This document shows positions 39,156-52,938 of a DNA stretch of 64,000 nt, piece after piece. The stretch's first letter is position 1, and the number at the start of each line of letters is the position of its first letter. Origin of the DNA: Octopus sinensis (Eukaryota); the NCBI RefSeq assembly GCF_006345805.1, contig NC_043012.1, forward strand, positions 5,642,001 through 5,706,000. The letters are read 5' to 3'. The translations under genes and the position numbers were made by a program. The notes beneath the pieces were generated by a model, which had not been told where the DNA came from, did not search any database, and saw nothing but the letters and a program-made list of their open reading frames with translations.

Positions 39156-39731
39156 CAGCCCCGTCGCGTGACTTTTAGAGGCCCCCTGCAATTCCTTGTC
39201 TCGAGGCCCCATCTCTTCAATCAAAATTCATAATCTATGCACCTTTTATTCATAGCTATATTTTACTTTATTCTATCTGAAGTTCAATATTTCTCGTTAT
39301 CAAGTACAAGTTAAATTTATTTAGCTCTTTTACAAATTTCAATAAGTAAAACTTCCAGATATGAATAAAAGAAGCAACTATAATCCCGGCAACTTTCAAA
39401 GACAAACACGGCGCACTTTTCCCTTCACGAAATCATCAAATAAGCAATCTGAGAGCTAAGTTCGTATTCGATAGATATCATAGACAATCCACAAAGTCTG
39501 GTACACATTTGCGGTACAATGCAATATTTTTACAAGAATTTTGCAGGTACAGTGTATTACCATTTTATTTCTTGAAATTTTCTCTTAACATAGCTTAATT
39601 CTTGTTCAACATCTTAACCAAAGTAAATAGATGACTCATCTACGTACTTTGATATTAACATGGGGGGGGGGGGCTCAACCGCGGAGGTCCCCTGCGACCG
39701 CAGGGTTTACAGGGGCTTAGCGACGGCCCTG
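39156..39731 (-). mobile_element. Internally deleted hAT element, 576 bp
   Basis: Perfect TSD CTGACAAC at 39148-55 and 39732-39; TIRs CAGCCCCGTCGC and CAGGGCCGTCGC; minus-strand remnant RLCGLSMISIEYELSSQI/DDFVKGKVRRVCL* (hAT C-terminus). Confidence 0.85.
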
Positions 39732-39959
39732 CTGACAACACGCTTCTTGTTTCGTTTAATCATTCATGGAAATTGCTCATAAAAATGGGCTGTTGTTTTT
39801 AACGATTCTGCTTAGTTTTTGAGAAAGATACGACAGATAAGAAAAGGAGAGGGAGAGAGCGGGGAGAGGGAGAGACAGAAACTGAGAAACAAAGAGAAAG
39901 AACGTGACAGTGTGAGGGAGAAAGTGGTAGAGGAGGAGATATAGAGAAGAAAAATGGAG

Positions 39960-39966
39960 AAGATAG

Positions 39967-40003
<37 letters not shown>

Positions 40004-40267
40004 AGAAGAAGAAGAAGAAGAAGAAGAAGAAGAAGAAGAAGAAGAAGAAGAAAAAGAATAATAATAATAATAATAATAATAATAAGAAGAAGAAGAAGAA
40101 TGATAGAATGGTTACGAAATGGCAGAATAAATGAGAGGCGAAAAGACAGTCAAATACAGAGTGATGGTGGGAGGAAATAGATAGAGAAATAATAAGAGAA
40201 AAAGAGAGAGTGGGGAGGATAATATATGGGAAGAGAGGAGGGAATACAAGGCACAAAAATAGAAGGG

Positions 40268-40350
<83 letters not shown>

Positions 40351-40415
40351 TTTAGGTGTGATAAAACGCAAATACAGAAAAAATGGTAGAGAAACAGACA
40401 GAAAGATAATAAAAG

Positions 40416-40471
<56 letters not shown>

Positions 40472-40480
40472 GAGAGAAAG
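39960..40480. repeat. Compound purine-rich microsatellite block (GATA, GA, GAA, TAA, TA)
   Basis: Direct reading; explains the 346-aa low-complexity ORF. Confidence 0.95.
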
Positions 40481-40577
40481 AAAGAGAGAGGGAGGGGAGG
40501 GAGGGAGAGTGAGAGCATGTGTCAGTGGTGTGAAGGTCGGGTGTGCGAATTATGGTAAACCGCAGAGGGTAGCTTAC

Positions 40578-41070
40578 TTTCAATATTCGCGTGTTTGCTG
40601 TGGTGAAAGGCATGTTACGTTTAAGAAAAGCGGGGGCGGCCAATTTTGGCTCCCGCACGGGCGGAGGGTATTTGTGGTGGTGGGGGGGAAGCAACCACCC
40701 ACGCCACGTTACACTACCCCCACTAGAGAGAGCGAGAGCGAGAGAAAGAGAGAGAGAGAGAGACAAAGACAGAGAGATGGAGATAGAAAAAGATAGGAGA
40801 GTATTCAGCCTAAACACCCACGTGCGTTTTATTTTCGATAAAACAACCCTCCACCATCCGCCCCCCCCCCTACGCCAATATCAGTTTCCACTTATTCCAT
40901 TTAGACTAGACTTTGCGTCGCGAAATACTAGCAGTAGTCGTAGTTGTTCATTTGGCTCCAAACAGCCCCTTTTTAATATATCAACACGAAACTATTTATT
41001 TATTTATTTATTTTCCCCCTTTCTTTTATTGGCTTATCGCACGCACGAAGGGGATCGGGTGAGGCACGAA
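40578..41070 (-). promoter_or_regulatory. Candidate CpG-retaining promoter and short first exon (MPFTTANTRILK)
   Basis: Unique sequence with many CpGs, GGGGCGG/GGGCGG boxes and CCAAT motifs. A minus-strand AAC-ATG at 40613 gives 12 codons to an AAA|GTAAGC donor. No downstream exon identified. Confidence 0.25.
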
Positions 41071-41979
41071 CTCTTATCCATATCTTTGTTACCATAACTT
41101 ACCACAATGACGATGACGACAAATCAAGCTCCCACCCCCCACCCCTGTACTTACTGTTTTTGAAAGTCTGGTATTTATTTCATTAGCCCTGCCCCCCCTC
41201 TTTTGTCGAACCGCTTACTTACGGAGACATAAACAAACCAACACCGGTTGTCAAGCGGCACGTGTGTGTAAACATACATGCACACACACACACACACACA
41301 TTCACACGCGCGCGCAAGACAGGATTTAAACCATGGGTGGGGGGGCCCGGAGCACTTCAAGTTTGGTGGGCCCTTATACACAAGAAGTAAAATCTTAGAA
41401 AATTACCAAATTTAAATCTCAAATCCCATCTCTAATTTCGTGTAATTGAATTTGACGAATTAGCAGAGGAAATTTTGAAACTGACTGAAAATGTCGCTTT
41501 TAGGTAAACTTTTCAAAATTGAAATTTCGTTTTTCATTCGTCCACTCGCAGTGTTTCACTTTTCTTTCATTGTGAAAAGTACAAAGAAGTGGGGAAGATG
41601 GGGGAAGATTGTTTTTTTCTTTTCTTTTAATGCAAATTACAAATGTTTCAGAATTAGCAATAAGATAACATGGCAGAAAATTACGAAAAAGCAAAAAAAA
41701 TCATTTTTGTGGTTGTTGCTATTACAAACGCATGATGTGTGGAGTGGGGAGACACCAACATTTAAAAGACATGGATTCTTCTTTTAAAACGGCTTCTCTT
41801 CATTGTTTTGTAATGATTGAAAAAAAAAGTTGGGGAAAATCCCGATAAAAACAAGAAAATTCAAACAGCTATTTCCGAAGGTCTGTTTTTTCCAGTTCCC
41901 AGTAGGGGTAGGTGGGGCACAGTGAATAATATTTACGGCATTTTTGACTTTGGAAAATATATATTTTTTTTTCACAAAT

Positions 41980-42720
41980 GTTCACTACCTTGCAAAAACA
42001 ATATCAGCAGTATAGTTACTTAGACAAGTAGACCACAACTACCTATGATCGTCTACTTCGTACTCTCTCTCTATACTGATTAATATCACCTTATTTATAA
42101 TGACTAGCACATACCACTTGTCACATGGGATGTACCATGATTACTATTATCCCCACATCTTCCCTTTTAAGTTATTCTTTTTTTTTCTTAGAGAGTATCA
42201 TTTTATTTCTTTTAACAGCAATACTTTTTATATCACCCTACCTCACTGTTATGAGACTTTTTTTCTTAGTTACACATTTAATATATTTTCCATTTGGCAT
42301 CTACTTCCAAGAACTCCATACATTTTCTTTTTCTTACATTTGTGCGTCTGGGTTCAATCACCTGTGGTGGCATTGTACTTGAATAGTCTCATATAAACAT
42401 TCCGTAGGTTATTCCATTCTCTTGGGTTCGCTCTCAACGAATCTTTTTTCAGTTGGTTCATGTGTCTCTTGTATATACCTTTTCTACTTTTTACCAAGTA
42501 TACCATTTTTCTTCTGCATTTGGTAATCACACCATCTTCCCAACTCTGTTTTCCATTCCTATATGCTCTCACAAATACATTTTCATCAATTTTGAAAAAT
42601 CTTGCTGTATTTTCCATTGCAATTTTTCTTTTCTTGCTCTGTAGTAATTTGTCGAAGAGTAATTTTATTTTCCTCGCAAAAATCAGCTCTGCTGGTAACA
42701 TACCTGCTGGTGTATTTGAA
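41980..42720 (-). mobile_element. Ty3/Gypsy LTR retrotransposon 3' remnant (integrase C-terminus, PPT, 3' LTR start)
   Basis: TPAGMLPAELIFARKIKLLFDKL...VFVRAYRNGKQSWEDGVI...VYLV..KRHMNQL; polypurine tract AAAAGGGAAGA (42168-42158) directly followed by TG. The far LTR boundary is uncertain. Confidence 0.8.
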
Positions 42721-43385
42721 TTATAGATATAGATATAAATAATAATTTTAGAATAATGCATGATTTTTTCCTCTTTTGTTTTTGTCCCACAAACGAACCC
42801 AGGGCGGATAAGAGTTAAGGAAATTAAGTACAGAAGAAACATTGATTGAGAAAACTGGCTTGAAACAAAGAGAGGCGTGAGAAACGTAGAGAATACAGGA
42901 AACAGTACGAAAGAGGAAGGCGTGGTGTTGTAGAAAGTGTATAATAGAGAACACCATAAAATCTATTATTAACAGGCTTTGTGTGAGAGGTGGTGGTAAG
43001 ATGTAACTACATGTGGATTGTTGGCGATTTTTTTCCTCCATCTTCCTTTTCTCTTGGACTTTCCTCTATCTCCTGTTTCTGAAGACGAGCCTTGCTGACA
43101 ACGTAAAGCAACCTTTCTTTCCTTCCCTGAGTGTCTGTTAATACTTTGCATGTACCACATCCATGCGTTTTATTTTGTTGTGTTTTTTCTTAATTTTTTT
43201 TTGGGGGAGGGGGATTAACTACATACATTAATTAGCAAAAGATGACTATTCCCAAGTATAATAATATCAGTTTCAGCACACGTTTTCATATCAAGATTCT
43301 TGCAAAACAAATACTTCTCAACCATATGGTTCTAGGTTCAGTCCCACTTCGTGGCACCTTGGGTAAGTGTCTTATATATATATAC

Positions 43386-43416
<31 letters not shown>

Positions 43417-43772
43417 TGAATATATATATATATATATTGAATATATATATACATACATTTATATATATTGAATATATATATGAGTTTTTGCAAAGAATTC
43501 TTGATACAGTCACAGTATTTGAGGAAAGATCTTGAATTAAAAATTTGTAATTATATAAAGAGAATCTTCAAAACGAATTAAATGGTACAAACATTTTGAA
43601 GGAAGTTTTCATACAGTGTTTTAAAGTGCTTTTGCTTTAAATACACATTATGGGGTAACCCATGAAGAACAAAAGAACTTGAGTGTCAATCTGTTTTCTA
43701 AAGATTTGTTTTATATAATTAATAATTTTTAATTTAAGAAAGTCTTTTTTATGCCTACCATAGTTTCATACA

Positions 43773-43803
<31 letters not shown>

Positions 43804-44540
43804 TACACACACACGTCAGATAGCCCCATGCACATGTGCACACGCAAACATGCACATACATGCATTTGTTCCATACACACACATACATCTGCCTCAAGCC
43901 ATCCTTCACAGTAGTTACTCTTACTTCCCACGCTTCTAGCAACCTCTTCCTACTTCCAGTCATTTCAGCATGTGGTGACCATATAATTGAGACACTTTTC
44001 TTATCTCTCTTCTTTCCTTGTTTATTCTTTCAGTTGAAGAGCATATGCTCAAAATTTAAAAGAAATCTTGTATTTTTCTTTAGCGTAAACCTAATATACT
44101 CTACTTATTATTTTTTTTTTTTACCTCATCTTCATGTTTTTCATAAGTTTTGCACCATACGTACATACAGCTGCACCTCCGATTATCTAGTACTTCTTTA
44201 ATTCAGATAAATTACGGAGTGGGAGAATTGAAATTCACACAGTCGCCAGTCTAGTTCACCATGCGATCACAGGTGGCGTTGTGTGTACCGTGTGTTTTCC
44301 TGCATTTCTTACAGTGCACTTATTAATGGTAATAGCAAAATTTTAAGAGATCTCTGCTTCTTTAGCTAAAAGCTACCTTAGATATGGCTACTACATTATT
44401 AATGTAACACATATCTACTTGTATTAATACTATAAATTATTAAATATCTATTCAACATTTGTTTAATTAAAGATGCTAGCTGTTCATGGTACTTTAGTCG
44501 CATGGAAGGTGTATAATTAGTAGGTTAGAGGTGCGTTGAT

Positions 44541-44592
<52 letters not shown>

Positions 44593-45789
44593 GTAACCAT
44601 GGATGGTCCAGCAAGACAGTTGATCCATTAAAGTCGGAGTATCCTTTTCTCTTCTTTCAGCTAGAACATCATCAGTATTTTGCTGGATCAAGGATAAGAT
44701 TGTGGAGAGAGATTCTACATCTGCCGACGTCAATATGTACATGTTACGTTAAGTACTTCGCTCGCTATGGAGCATAGACCATCGACAATTTTTCGCAATT
44801 GCTCTTGAATCTGGGATGTCTTTTCTGCAGTTGCAACAAAGGACACTGGAAAATCGGTGAAGTATCTAAAGATGTGAGAACATACACTAATCAATCACTA
44901 CATTCAAAACCCAATGTCAATACAATATGCGTCATCTTTAAGATAGCCTGTTTCCGCTTTGTGTGTAAGTGTGCTTATGTGCGTATGCCCGTGTATGTAT
45001 ATGTATGCATGTATGTATATGTATGCATGTATGTATGTTAGTTGGTAGGAAAACGTTCTGTTCCAGAGACACATACACATAAATACACACGCACACAGAT
45101 ATGAAATAGTCAAAACTTCATTAGTCCATCATCCTCTTCTACCTTTTCTTTCAGTTGCTCCTCATTGAATTGTTTTTTTCCTTTTTCCTTTTTGCCCACT
45201 TCTGCACAGACACTCGTGTTTCAAGGGCCATTAAATTTTAATCGTTCTTCCTTAGGGGTCACCGAAGTGGTTTATTAATTCTCCACTTGACAGTTTCACT
45301 GTAGTTTTATAGCAATTAATCTCCCTGTCTTAATCTCTCCCCAACCCTTTTATTTTCTCTTCTTATCTACATATTGAAGTTTCATTCTGCCACATCTCTC
45401 CTCCCCCTCTCTCTCTTTCCTCCAATTTATGCAAAGATGATTTAGACTAGATACCTCCCGTAATTTGCTTGGTTATCTCACAATTTGCTTTCAAATTTAT
45501 TAGGCTGGAAAGAAAGTTCTGTCACATTTCAAGATGGGGCAAAGAAACAAATTGATATATTGAATCATGATAACATTTACCCTCATCGTTGATAAAATAA
45601 TCCCATATATTTGGCAAATTGTTTACCTAATGGGCATAAAATTCTTCAGCTTTCGAAGCAAACAAACACTCAACAACATTTTTAACCTCTTCACATTTAA
45701 TAAACTGATTTTCTTCCTAAATAATGTTGCAAAGGTCTCAGAAGGTGACAGATGGAGCAAGATCAAAAGAGAAAGGAGGATGAGGGGAA

Positions 45790-46340
45790 AACTTTCATAA
45801 TTAGTACCATAATTTTTTTTGTGGGGTGACTTGAACAACACGTGGTCTTGCATTATTGTGTAAGAGTTATGGTAGGTGCTTTTCTTGTGAATTTTTGTAT
45901 AATGTTTCAAATTGACGACAATACTTCAGAACATTAACTGTTTTGGTTAAATACTTCATGACAGACGACACCCTTCAAACACAGAATATGACTTCTTTTT
46001 CAGTATAGTCCTAGTTTAGGAGTGGATTCACCTTTTTTTCTGGGTGCTGATCACTGTCGTTTTGTTAGATACAATTATAGAGAACCCACTTTTTCTCACT
46101 TGTGAGGATTCTGTCCAGAAAGGTTTGATAGCAAATCTACTCTTCAATGACAAGTAGAGGGCAGCTATTTATAGTCAGATAATGAGGGACCCACTGACAA
46201 GTTCAGACACTTTTCCTGATACTTGAAGACGTTTTATGACCAAAGTGTGACTTGAATGGAACTGTTTTGTTAATTCTTGTGCAGTTTGCTTTGAAAGGTC
46301 TTATCTAAACTCATTTTAAAAGGGGTAAAATCGATATGAA
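45790..46340 (-). pseudogene. Decayed mariner transposase fragment
   Basis: CQWVPH...FLDRILTSEKKWVLYN...TVN..KYCRQF...LLHNNARPRV. Confidence 0.75.
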
Positions 46341-48179
46341 CTTAACCCTTATGTAAACCCATTTCTCTCTCAGGGGAGAGGTGATCCAAATTCATCTGGC
46401 CTCTATCCTTTGACCTGTCCAGCATGAGAGGCCCTATCAGGAGCTTGCACTCTAATGGAATAGTTCTTAGGGTCATTGAGAAACATGTTACCACACTGCA
46501 ACGACGACTGGGCTTTGTAATGGAACCCTACTAATAGGAAGGAAGATTTTAATGACACAGCCTCCTTTTACGTTACTTATTACTAAAGATGAAGAATTTA
46601 GTGGCAAACCCTCTCTAGCCAACGAGAATGATTTTTGTTGTTGCTTTCATTTGTCAATGAGGCTGAAGAATTTAGTGGTTCTTTTAATCGTTTATGTTTT
46701 ATCTTTTACTACTTGTTTCAGTTATTGGATTGCAGCCATTCTGGGGCGCCACCTTGAAAGGGCTTAGTGCAGTCATGGGCAAACTGCAGCCCACGGGCCT
46801 TTCTGAATGGCACACTTAATGAAAATTTATCTTGATTTTTTTCCTTTTAGCTGTATAGCCTGCCTGATGACAAGTAAAACCTTATGTGACCCATTTCTCA
46901 AAGACATTTTTAATTGGACAAATTAATTCCAGTTTTTTTCTTAAAGTCTGGTACATATTCTATCGATCTCTTTTGATGACCCACTAAGTTATAAGGACAT
47001 AAACAGACCAACAGCGATTGTCAAACAGTGGAAAGGACAAACAGAAACATGAATACACACACACACACACACGCATACACTCACTCAAACATATGACGGA
47101 ATTCTGTCTACCAAATTTGCACACAAGGCACCGTTTGGCTCGGGGCTGTAGTAGCAGATACTTGTCCATGATGCTATGCAGGGAGACTAAACCCAAAAAC
47201 GTGTGGTTGCGAGGATTTTAGAAGCAGTCCTTATAGACTAATAAAGTTGAAGATTGTAATAGTGTCCCTCCACTAACCCAATAGGGACAAAGATTTTAAT
47301 GGTGACCTTTCCTACCAACAATAGATTAAGAGATTGACTAGGTATTATGACAAAAAAAAAGAGGAAAAAAACAAAAAACCTTATAAAAATAAAATTATAT
47401 GTATATATATACATATATATATATATAATTAAAAAAGCCAATTATTGGAATTTCATTTGCATCATTATAATTCCACACTGGAAGCTGTTTGTTGGTAAGT
47501 TTTCTAAATTTAATTAACCTAATTATGCTTCTTTTCAATTAATCATGATTGATCGAACCTATTGTTTGAATATGGTTCGAAATTTGATTGGTTATAACAA
47601 CAACAACAACAACAACAACACCACCACCACCACCACCACTACTACTACTATCCTCACCAGTGTTACTACAATGATAATCATCACCTCATCCCATGACTAT
47701 TAGTAACACCACTGACCCTCTTCACATAGTGCTACTACTGAAACTATTACTTCACTCTTACTACTACTACTACTACCACCAGCACCACTACTACTATTAC
47801 CACTTCTACCACTACTATTATTACCACATTCACTACCATGTCACCACCAATACTACCAATACTATAAATAAATAAATAAAGGCGGTGGGATTGGCTGTAA
47901 GCAGTGGTGGAGTAAATATTTAGTGAGGCGCTTTTTATGTTCCAGGTTCAAATCTCATCTATGTCTACTTTGCCTTTCATCACTTCCACTCACCAAGTTT
48001 TTTTGTTGTTTGGTGCTCAGGTCAACCCTAACTGACCAGACCTATGGTCAAAGAAGTTCCAACCATAGTGATCCTGTCTGCTATCCCAGATATTGCGCAT
48101 CCAAGACTACGGCAGGGTGTCATTTGAAGGAAATTTGGCTGATATTTCTAGCAGGATGAGCAAATACTTATCTATTATC

Positions 48180-48570
48180 TTCTACTTCTTTCAGTCATTA
48201 GACTGTGGTCATGCTGGGGCACTGCCTTGAAGAATTTTTAATCGAATTAATCGACCACCAGGACTTAATTTTTTTAAAGACTGGTACTTATTCTATCGAT
48301 CTATTTTGTTGGACTGCTAAGTTACGGGGATGTAAACACACCAACATTGGTTGTCAAGCAGTGGTGGGGGACAAACACAAACACAAAGACACACACACAC
48401 ACACACAGACGAGGAGTTTTTTCAGTTTCCATCTACCAAACCCTTTCACAAGGCTTTGGTCAGCTTGAGGCTATAGTAGAAGACACTTGTCCAAGATGCC
48501 ATGCAGTGGGACTGAACTTGGACTATGTGGGTGGGAAGCAAGCTTCTTAACCACACAGCCACGACTGCAT
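48180..48570 (-). mobile_element. Family B SINE
   Basis: Reverse-complement match from head (GGCTGTGTGGTTAAGAAGCTTGC) to tail. Confidence 0.8.
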
Positions 48571-48949
48571 CTATAGCTGATCCTGTATTAAAATATGTAC
48601 CAGTAATTTTCACAGGTCAATTCAATTTAGCACATGAAATGTAAGGGTTAAATTTGTAAGATGTTATTTTTTTCTTTAGGGTTGTAAGCTAGCAGAATCA
48701 TAAGCATGTCAGACAAAATACTTAGCAGCATTTCTTCCGGGTCTTTGCATTCCAAGTTCAAATCCTGCCGAGATCGATCAACTTTGCTTTTCATCCTTTT
48801 GGAAACCGACAAAATAAAATACCAGTCAAGTACTAAGGTGGATGTAAGTGACCTGCCTCTCCCCTCAAAATTACTGGCCTTGTGCCAAAATTAGAAACCA
48901 TTATTTATTTCTTTGTTGTAAAGCTACAGGTGCTATGTAGTGCTATTAT

Positions 48950-50290
48950 TGCTTTCTTGAACGGAGTTCAAATCCCAATCAGAGTTACCTTCAGGAAAAT
49001 CTGATCCCAAAACAGGAATGAATGTTTGATAATAAAAAAAGGTCAGCAAAAAGATCTCTGAGGGGGTTACAGTGTCCTTCAAAAGCTGTGGAAATTTGCT
49101 TCACCAGTTTGGCTTTTTCCAAAACGAGTTGGTTGTTGTAAATAAATTTAAGTAACATTGCTCTGTTAGTTGATCATATGCCACATACTTTCATCATCCA
49201 GCTTATTTCGCTCAAAGCAAAATCCTCAACCATAACTGGATATCATTTTGCTTGCTGCATTCATAAACCAGTGGAAAAAAAATTAGCAGCATCTTTGCTA
49301 GAGACTTAATTTGTAGCAGAACTTATTCAAAGAGGGAGAGGAGAAGACAAAATCTGCAGGAAAAAAAAATGATATGTCCTCAATTTGTTTGTGCGATGAC
49401 ATAATATGCCTACTGAAATGTGATAGAGTATCTAAAATAAATGAAACAGTACAATGTACTGCAAAACATTTTGCATGATGTCAAATACAACTTGTATTGT
49501 GCAAGCTTTTTAGCTCCATTGGCTGTCCACCCATTTCTTCCTGTAGCTTCTTGAAACACATGACTGAACGATGAATAAGTAGAATTGTGGCAGTAAGGCC
49601 AAAAATTTTCCTGCAGTTTTTATATATTTTTTTTTCACACACCCAACCACCATTAGGTTGAGTTGGTTTGATGTAATGTAGCAGTAGACATATACTGCAG
49701 ATGGGTCAACAGGCTCAGTTTTGCTTGAACACCAGTGATGTTTTTCACTCACTAGCTGGGCATCAATATGACCTTAAGTGACACGTAACTGGTTGTCAAT
49801 ACCAAGAGTTGAATACCGACAGTATACACTGTTGAAGTGATTCAGGGTAGAATGCAGAAGCTACTCGGTCTCCAATAAATTCTTCATAAGTAACATTGTC
49901 AAAATCAATGAAAAACAAAATAGAACTGTTCAGTTTTCAAAATGTCTTTTGTGTATCATTCAATATTAATTCAAAATTAATGCAAAGAGCATAACGTATG
50001 AGTGGCATAAGAGTATGTATATCACAAGGGGCAGCCTTCACCTGAGCCTCCAAGCCATTACAGTCTTATACACAGACCCAAAAGAGCCCCGCCTGTGTAA
50101 TGACCCCACCGTGCAACTACGCTATTGTGATTTACTTCTTTAACTATTTCTTCAGTTGCTGATGCCATGATAAAAAGACACACATTCTAAATATCGTGAT
50201 GTAAAATATTTCACATTTCGAGGCTCCTCCATTATCCACTCCCCAAAGATAAGATCGTATAACAACAATATCATGCACATTATTTTTTGC
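48950..50290 (-). pseudogene. Decayed hAT transposase (catalytic core region)
   Basis: Frameshifted pieces IMASATEEIVKEV; EQ..F..D..TYEEFIG; ESLQQCILSV..LGIDN; TGVQAKL..DPSAVYVYC...QLNL; FKKLQEEMG..ELKSL.NT follow hAT motif order. Confidence 0.7.
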
Positions 50291-50499
50291 ACACTGCTAT
50301 ATTTCAGCTTACCATATTTTATTTTTTGTATCAGTCATTCAACTATGGCCATGTGGGGGTACCAGCTTCGAGGGCGTAGTCAAATAAATCATCTTCAGGA
50401 TTTTTCTAAGTCCAGTTGTCAAGAAGTGGTGGGAACACACACACTATATATATATATATATATATATATTTAATCTTTCTATATTATAAAATTTTTCTA

Positions 50500-50867
50500 A
50501 AAAGCACCATCCGAACATGGCCGATGCCAGCGCCACCCTGACTGGCTTCTGTGCCGGTGGCACATAAAAAGCACCATCCGAATGTTGCCAGCGCCGCCTT
50601 GGCTGGCTTTTGTGCCGCTGGCACGTTAAAAGCTCCAACCGATCGTGGCCGATGCCAGACCCCCCCTGGCACCTGTGCAGGTGGCACGTAAAAAGCACCC
50701 ACTACACTCGCAGAGTGGTTAGTGTTAAGAAGGGCATCCAGCCGTAGAAACTCTGCCAGATCAGACTGGAGCCTGGAGCAGCCTCTGGCTTCCCAGACCC
50801 CGGTCGAACCGTCCAACCCGTGCTAGCGTGGAAAACGGACGTTAAACGATGATGATGATGATGATGT
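50500..50867 (+). mobile_element. Family E RTE-tail/VNTR element
   Basis: 3-4 well-preserved repeat units, then GGAAAACGGACGTTAAAC(GAT)n. Confidence 0.8.
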
Positions 50868-51270
50868 ATAATTTAATTTTTCATTATTGAATTGATAAAA
50901 GATGTTTTTTTTTTCTAATTTATATATATATATTATATTTTGTGAAATTTGATTTAGTATTTCTAAATTGAATTTTTCCCTGTAAGTTTGGATTAATATT
51001 CCCTCATATTATTATTATTATTATTATGATTATTATTTTTATTATATATATATATACACACACAGAATATGGAGGTTTAGTTCACTGGTGATCGAAACAA
51101 ATAGGTATGCTGAGTAAGTGATGTAACGAATTATCAGGGTTCCAAGCTCATAACTGAAATGAAAACTACAGAACCATTTTAGGGTTTCTGGTGGGGACCG
51201 AACTTGAAACCATGTGGTTGGGAAGCAAACTTCTTACCATGCAGCCACACATGTTCCTATATATATATGT

Positions 51271-51755
51271 GGAGGCGCAATGGCCCAGTGATTAGGGCAG
51301 CGGACTCGCGGTTGTAAGATCGCAGGTTCGATTCCCAGACCAGGCGTTGTGAGTGTTTATTGAGCAAAAACACCTAAAGCTCCACGATGCTCTGGCAGGG
51401 GGTGGGGTGGCGATCCCTGCTGTACTCTTTCGCCACAACTTTCTCTCACTCTTTCTTCTGTAGCCCTGCTCACTTAGCCAGCGGGGTGGTGTCATTTGAA
51501 GGCAATGCGAAGCGCAATGTGACCAGCGATGTGTAGCAACATCTGATAGCCTGGTCAGTCATGATGACAGTGATATATATATTATATATATATATATATA
51601 TATACACAAGGCCAGCCTTGTCACACTGTATCTCCTTGAGAACTATGTTAAGACTAGATATGTCTGTAGAGTGCTCAACCACTTGCACGTTAATTTCATG
51701 AGCAAGCTGTTCCGTTGATCGCATCATCTGGGACCCTTGCCGTTGTAACTCACGG
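51271..51755 (+). mobile_element. Family D SINE plus an adjacent SINE 3' module
   Basis: Head matches 29381; 51608-51755 matches the 3' part of the SINE at 37936-38428. Confidence 0.8.
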
Positions 51756-51869
51756 ATTGCTCCTTTTATATACATATACATACATATCAATATGTATGTA
51801 TGTATATTATGTTTATACATATCTATCTGTATGTGTGTGTGTGTGTGTGTGTGCGTGTGCGAGCGTGCA

Positions 51870-51945
<76 letters not shown>

Positions 51946-52706
51946 AGAAAGAGAGAGAGAGGCTAATTCCTTACTCATTAGCTGCTCACTGTTCGATTGT
52001 TGCAAATGGCGGTTGGTGCATGTCAGCTAAATCTGCTGCTGTGTGTTGTAATTTAAGTCACAACAAATGAACAATGTTACAATTAAAATATGTTTTATTC
52101 AATAATAATCTCTTTTGTCTTGCTTTAATTTAAAGACAAATAAATCGAGATTATTACCAACATTTTCTTGTCTTCAATGTCTGGAATCTGTACAGGATTA
52201 TTTTGCATTGCATTCTAATTAAACTCGGACAAATTTACAATGGAGTTTGCAGTATCTTAATTTAGGATAGAAAAACATAATTGTCAAGAATACCATGAGA
52301 AGGAATAAAAATGAACTGACAGCAAGTGTGAGCAAGAATAAATAAAATCAGCATAAACCAGAACTCATACTGATTAATTGAATAATTGACTTCTTTGTTT
52401 ACTTCCAACTCTGTGACTACACTTAATTCGTTCTTATACTTTAATACTCGTTTCAAATTTTGATGCAAAGCCAGCAAATTTGGAGAAAGAAGTAAATTGA
52501 TTACATTGACCCCAATGCTTAATTGGTATTTGTTTAATTAATTTGGAAAGGATGAAAGGTAAAGTAGACCTCGATGGAATTTGAACTCAGAGTGTGATGG
52601 CGACTGAAATGCCGCAAAGCCTTTTTGTCTGGCATGCTAATGATTCTACTAGTTCACCGCCTTATCCTCATATACTTTAATATTGCAATGTTATGTTATG
52701 GTGAAA

Positions 52707-52938
52707 GGCGGCGAGCTGGCAGAAACGTTAGCGCGCCGGGCAAAATGCTTAGCGGTATTTCGTTTGCCGCTATATTCTGAGTTCAAATTCCGCCGAGGTC
52801 GACTTTGCCTTTCATCCTTTCGGGATCGATAAATAAAGTACCAGTTACGCACTGGGGTCGATGTAATCGACTTAATACCTATGTCTGTCCTTGTTTGTCC
52901 CCTCTGTGTTTAGCCCCTTGTGGGTAGTAAAGAAATAT
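52707..52938 (+). mobile_element. Family A SINE with 14-bp TSD
   Basis: Flanked by ATGTTATGGTGAAA (52693-706) and ATGTTATGGCGAAA (52939-52). Confidence 0.92.

Noticed and set aside
39777-40817. 346-aa ORF, the longest in the track
   Set aside because: It is mostly translated microsatellite (LSLS, FFFF, YIYI).
44661-44740. Strong plus-strand acceptor (TTTTCTCTTCTTTCAG) with a short open frame
   Set aside because: There is no good donor and it abuts an RTE tail remnant.
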